Shown here piece by piece: positions 36,808-41,035 of a stretch of DNA of 41,035 nucleotides. The position numbers and the translations under genes were made by a program. Under the pieces are notes generated by a model. The model saw only the letters and a list, made by a program, of their open reading frames with translations. It had not been told where the DNA came from and did no database searches. Every line of letters starts with the position of its first letter. The first letter of the stretch is position 1. This stretch comes from Oligoflexia bacterium (GTDB lineage: Bacteria > Bdellovibrionota > Bdellovibrionia > JABDDW01), in the NCBI GenBank assembly GCA_043732305.1, contig JAYTHU010000037.1:1-41035 (forward strand), written 5' to 3'.

Positions 36808-38487
36808 TCACATCATCTTGTATTGAGGTCCGCTTCCACCTTCACGTGGAGTCCACCGAGGCCCAATAACATCCGTTGCTTTGCAGTCGATGCAGTTTGG
36901 CGCGTTCACGATAAGTTCATCTCCATGACGCTCGTAAACTCCGGCAGGACAGAGTGCTGCGTAGAAATCTGCGACATCCGCGGGAATATCTTTCCCTACA
37001 ATCAAATGAGAGGGAATGTGATCGCGAGTTTTATTTCCCGATTGAAACACGCCATCCACTTTTGCAATGATCTTTACGCCATTCACAACACCTGATTTTG
37101 CAGGTACAGTGAAGGGGACGGAAGACTTCTCTTTTATTTCAGCTGCATCCTCTTCAACGTGAATCATGCCGCCGGGGATTGCTCCGCCGGTCGCAATCAT
37201 CATTGATGATTTTATTCCACCAGCGATAAATCCCGATTTAAACGCCAATCGCATATTGCGAGTTTTATACAAGTCATCATGAATGTAACTTTTTTTCACG
37301 AGCTCGTCATAACCAGAAAGTGTTTTTGTACTCATGTCTTTTTTAGTTTTCAATCCTTCAAAAATAGTTCGAGCGGCAAAAATTCCCGCTTGCATGGCGT
37401 AGTGAATTCCTTTGAGTGCCGGAACGTTCACCATTCCAACGACATCACCGGCAAACATAATTCCATCTCCATGAAGTTTTTCAGGGAAAGAATAAATTCC
37501 ACCTTCGGGAATAGTTTTAGCTCCCCATTCGAGAAGCTCCCCATCTTTTAAGTATTCGGCAAACAAGGGATGGGTTTTTAATTTTTGAAGTAGAGCGTGC
37601 ACGTCCAAAGTTTGCTGACGGTAATCAAGTCCGACTACTAATCCAAACGAAACTTTATCATCGCCCATGGGATACATCCAACTGCCACCAAAGGCATCTC
37701 CAGGCAAAGGCCAACCAAGAGTATGAATGACGGACTTAGGAACTTTTTTAACTTTCCAAAGCTCCTTCACGCCAAGTGCAAATATTTGTGGATTAGGTGA
37801 AGTCAGTTTCTGCCATTCAGCATAAGCCTGGAAAAGAGAACCACGTGTGCCCTCAGTGAGCACTGTCACTTCCGCCGTGACATCAGTTCCCGGCATAAAA
37901 CCTGATCCAGGGGTTCCATCCTTATTTAAACCAGAAGCCGTTGTTCGAACTCCTAAAACTTTTCCACCTTCTTCAACGAGCAAACTTTCAGCTGGAAATC
38001 CTGTTAAGATTTGCACTCCTAAATCTTCGGCTTTTTTTCCCATCCAGCGAACAACTTCGCAAATAGACGCAACATAGTTGCCGTGATTTTTCATGGTGGG
38101 AGGTGTGGGCATGCGGATGCTAGATTTCTCCATCATGAAATGAACGGAATCTCCTTCAACAGGCTTTTGAAAAGGGAAATCCGAATCTTTAAGTTCAGGA
38201 AACAGTTCCCGCAATGCTCGGGGATTAATAACCGCACCAGAGAGACAATGCTCACCAAGTGCCGGAGCTTTTTCTAAAACTCCAATTTCGCAAACTATGT
38301 TTCCACCGGCTTCTTTATCTTTTTTCAAAAGCTTTGCGAGTTCGATAGCACCGGCAAGTCCAGCAGGGCCTGCTCCCACAAACAAAACATCTAACGGGAC
38401 GCTGTCCGCATTAGGCTTTTCTTTGAGAATAAATTTATCAAGTGGAATGGCGGGCTGAAACTGGGAAGGTTTGAATTCATTTTTCAT
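36808..38487 (-). CDS. Electron transfer flavoprotein-ubiquinone oxidoreductase
   Basis: DVLFVGAGPAGL, HCLSGAV, WGAKTIPEGG, KGIHYAM and CPAGVYE...NCIDCK..WTP.EGG.GP.Y. Confidence 0.93.
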   Translation of the reverse strand: MKNEFKPSQFQPAIPLDKFILKEKPNADSVPLDVLFVGAGPAGLAGAIELAKLLKKDKEAGGNIVCEIGVLEKAPALGEHCLSGAVINPRALRELFPELKDSDFPFQKPVEGDSVHFMMEKSSIRMPTPPTMKNHGNYVASICEVVRWMGKKAEDLGVQILTGFPAESLLVEEGGKVLGVRTTASGLNKDGTPGSGFMPGTDVTAEVTVLTEGTRGSLFQAYAEWQKLTSPNPQIFALGVKELWKVKKVPKSVIHTLGWPLPGDAFGGSWMYPMGDDKVSFGLVVGLDYRQQTLDVHALLQKLKTHPLFAEYLKDGELLEWGAKTIPEGGIYSFPEKLHGDGIMFAGDVVGMVNVPALKGIHYAMQAGIFAARTIFEGLKTKKDMSTKTLSGYDELVKKSYIHDDLYKTRNMRLAFKSGFIAGGIKSSMMIATGGAIPGGMIHVEEDAAEIKEKSSVPFTVPAKSGVVNGVKIIAKVDGVFQSGNKTRDHIPSHLIVGKDIPADVADFYAALCPAGVYERHGDELIVNAPNCIDCKATDVIGPRWTPREGGSGPQYKMM

Positions 38488-38539
38488 GAGTTGAGAATCA
38501 TCGAAAAAAAGGGAGAAATCAAATAGAATTTAAACAAAG

Positions 38540-38569
38540 AAAAAGGCTTCCGTCATGGAAGCCTTTTTT
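38540..38569. terminator. Intrinsic terminator
   Basis: AAAAAGGCTTCC-gtcat-GGAAGCCTTTTT. Confidence 0.8.
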
Positions 38570-38601
38570 GCCCGAACTCGCGTTTTCTACCCAGGACCGA
38601 T

Positions 38602-39168
38602 CTATTTAGAAATAGTCATTCGTTGAATGAATTCTCTTTCCAAAATTTTTGCAAAACTGGAATTTTTACTACCTTGCTCATGAATCAGCGCCACAATAAT
38701 AAATGCAGTAGTCAAAAAGCAGATCAAAACGAGATCAAATGTCGAAGAGAGCATTCTATTTTTCTGCTTTTCTCGATTTTCTTCTCTCAAATTTTGGACA
38801 CGATTTTTTGTATCGAGACTAAATTTATCACGGTGTATTAAAAGCTCGCTTTGATGAATTTCACGCATCACCCAACTGTCATAACTCATTGGGAGTTTAA
38901 AAAAGTGAACGCCGTAACTAAGATCTTTGATCCAAACGACCTTCCCCTCACATTCAAAAATGCGCTCCGACCCCAACCTGATCATGACTCGGATGGTCTG
39001 ACCCAAGCCGAAGGCAACACGCTGGGGCGTCTTGAAAGACACTCCTTGCGGACTCAAGTTGACAATATTCCGGGTTATAAGCTCGTCATGATTGATGTTG
39101 AGTTGCCAAAAGTCTTCCATTCGCCGACGCAAACGGGGTGTGGCTCTTAAGTTTATCGCTGATTCCAT
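38602..39168 (-). CDS. PilZ-domain protein with a C-terminal TM helix
   Basis: RATPR (RxxxR), NLSPQG (D/NxSxxG), GKVVW and YGVHF; hydrophobic helix near the C-terminus. Confidence 0.82.
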   Translation of the reverse strand: MESAINLRATPRLRRRMEDFWQLNINHDELITRNIVNLSPQGVSFKTPQRVAFGLGQTIRVMIRLGSERIFECEGKVVWIKDLSYGVHFFKLPMSYDSWVMREIHQSELLIHRDKFSLDTKNRVQNLREENREKQKNRMLSSTFDLVLICFLTTAFIIVALIHEQGSKNSSFAKILEREFIQRMTISK

Positions 39169-39352
39169 TAATTTCCCCCTGTACACTCTCCATATGGAAT
39201 AAACGCGCCAACCACTACATAAGCTAAGTAATTGTATTTACTAGATATATGTATTTTTGATTTGTATCATATTTAGTCAGATGTCGATAAAACTTTAGAC
39301 ATAAAACCTCGTAAATACTCGTTTTGCGCGGCATATAATAAATGCAACCCAC

Positions 39353-39381
39353 CTTGACAAAAACACCTCTAACCACCATTG
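39353..39381 (+). promoter_or_regulatory. Candidate sigma32-type heat-shock promoter of groESL
   Basis: CTTGACAA-N13-CACCATTG upstream of groES. Confidence 0.45.
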
Positions 39382-39475
39382 TCCGGCTTAGCTAAATTTA
39401 AATTTAAAAACTTAGCCAACAGGCAAAGAAGCGTAATAGAAACTATAAATCGACTTATTTAAGGAGGTCTGAAAC

Positions 39476-39781
39476 ATGGCTACTACAGCACCCGTGAATG
39501 TGAAACCACTACACGACAGAATTCTTGTTCAGCGTTTGGCTGAAGAAGAAAAAACAGCAGGAGGATTATTTATCCCTGACAACGCAAAAGAAAAACCCCA
39601 ACAAGCTATCGTTATTGCTACTGGCAATGGTCGTATTTCTGATGATGGAAAACAATTTCCATTAGAAGTCAAAAAAGGCGACAAGGTTCTCTTCAGCAAA
39701 TATTCAGGTGCCGAGCTCAAAATTGCGGGCAATGACTATTTGATGATCCGCGAAGAAGATGTTTTAGGAATTATTAATTAA
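39476..39781 (+). CDS. groES: Co-chaperonin GroES
   Basis: [24 protein letters not shown] and [20 protein letters not shown]. Confidence 0.97.
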   Translation: MATTAPVNVKPLHDRILVQRLAEEEKTAGGLFIPDNAKEKPQQAIVIATGNGRISDDGKQFPLEVKKGDKVLFSKYSGAELKIAGNDYLMIREEDVLGIIN

Positions 39782-39816
39782 TTTTGTTTTTAAATTCATT
39801 TAAAAAATTGGAGTAA

Positions 39817-41035
<1,219 letters not shown>

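Noticed and set aside
39412..39438. CIRCE element upstream of groES
   Set aside because: TTAGCCAAC...GCGTAA is too degenerate relative to TTAGCACTC-N9-GAGTGCTAA.

Overview
Chromosomal window, most likely from a Bdellovibrionota-type (Oligoflexia/Bdellovibrio-like) bacterium; this is inferred from gene content, not from a search. 1-1131 looks like the right-hand junction of an element integrated at a tRNA: an MNT gene, a decayed HEPN gene, arm-type direct repeats, and a tRNA 3' half whose T-loop is interrupted by a 74-nt palindromic insert. Next come a MerR-type metal operon (leaderless merR, permease, Met-rich outer-membrane protein), a FAN1/VRR-NUC + DEDDh nuclease fusion, an MFS transporter, a cytochrome c, dps, DUF421, DUF481 and mscL. 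The centre (11.5-27.5 kb) is a compact Agl-Glt gliding-type machinery (two beta-barrels, a GltC-like TPR protein, a GltD-like protein with a GltE-like tail, GltG, AglR/Q/S). Converging on it from the other strand is a sigma54-led cassette of Ca-binding/VWA lipoproteins, then an SdpA-like + HTTM pair and the displaced gltF. The right part holds mostly housekeeping genes (EamA, 2OG oxygenase, RRM protein, guanine deaminase, alkaline phosphatase, lysA, ETF-QO, groES, partial groEL), plus a sigma28-led VWA lipoprotein, a sigma54-led glycine-zipper protein and a PilZ protein. All family calls come from motif recognition by eye.
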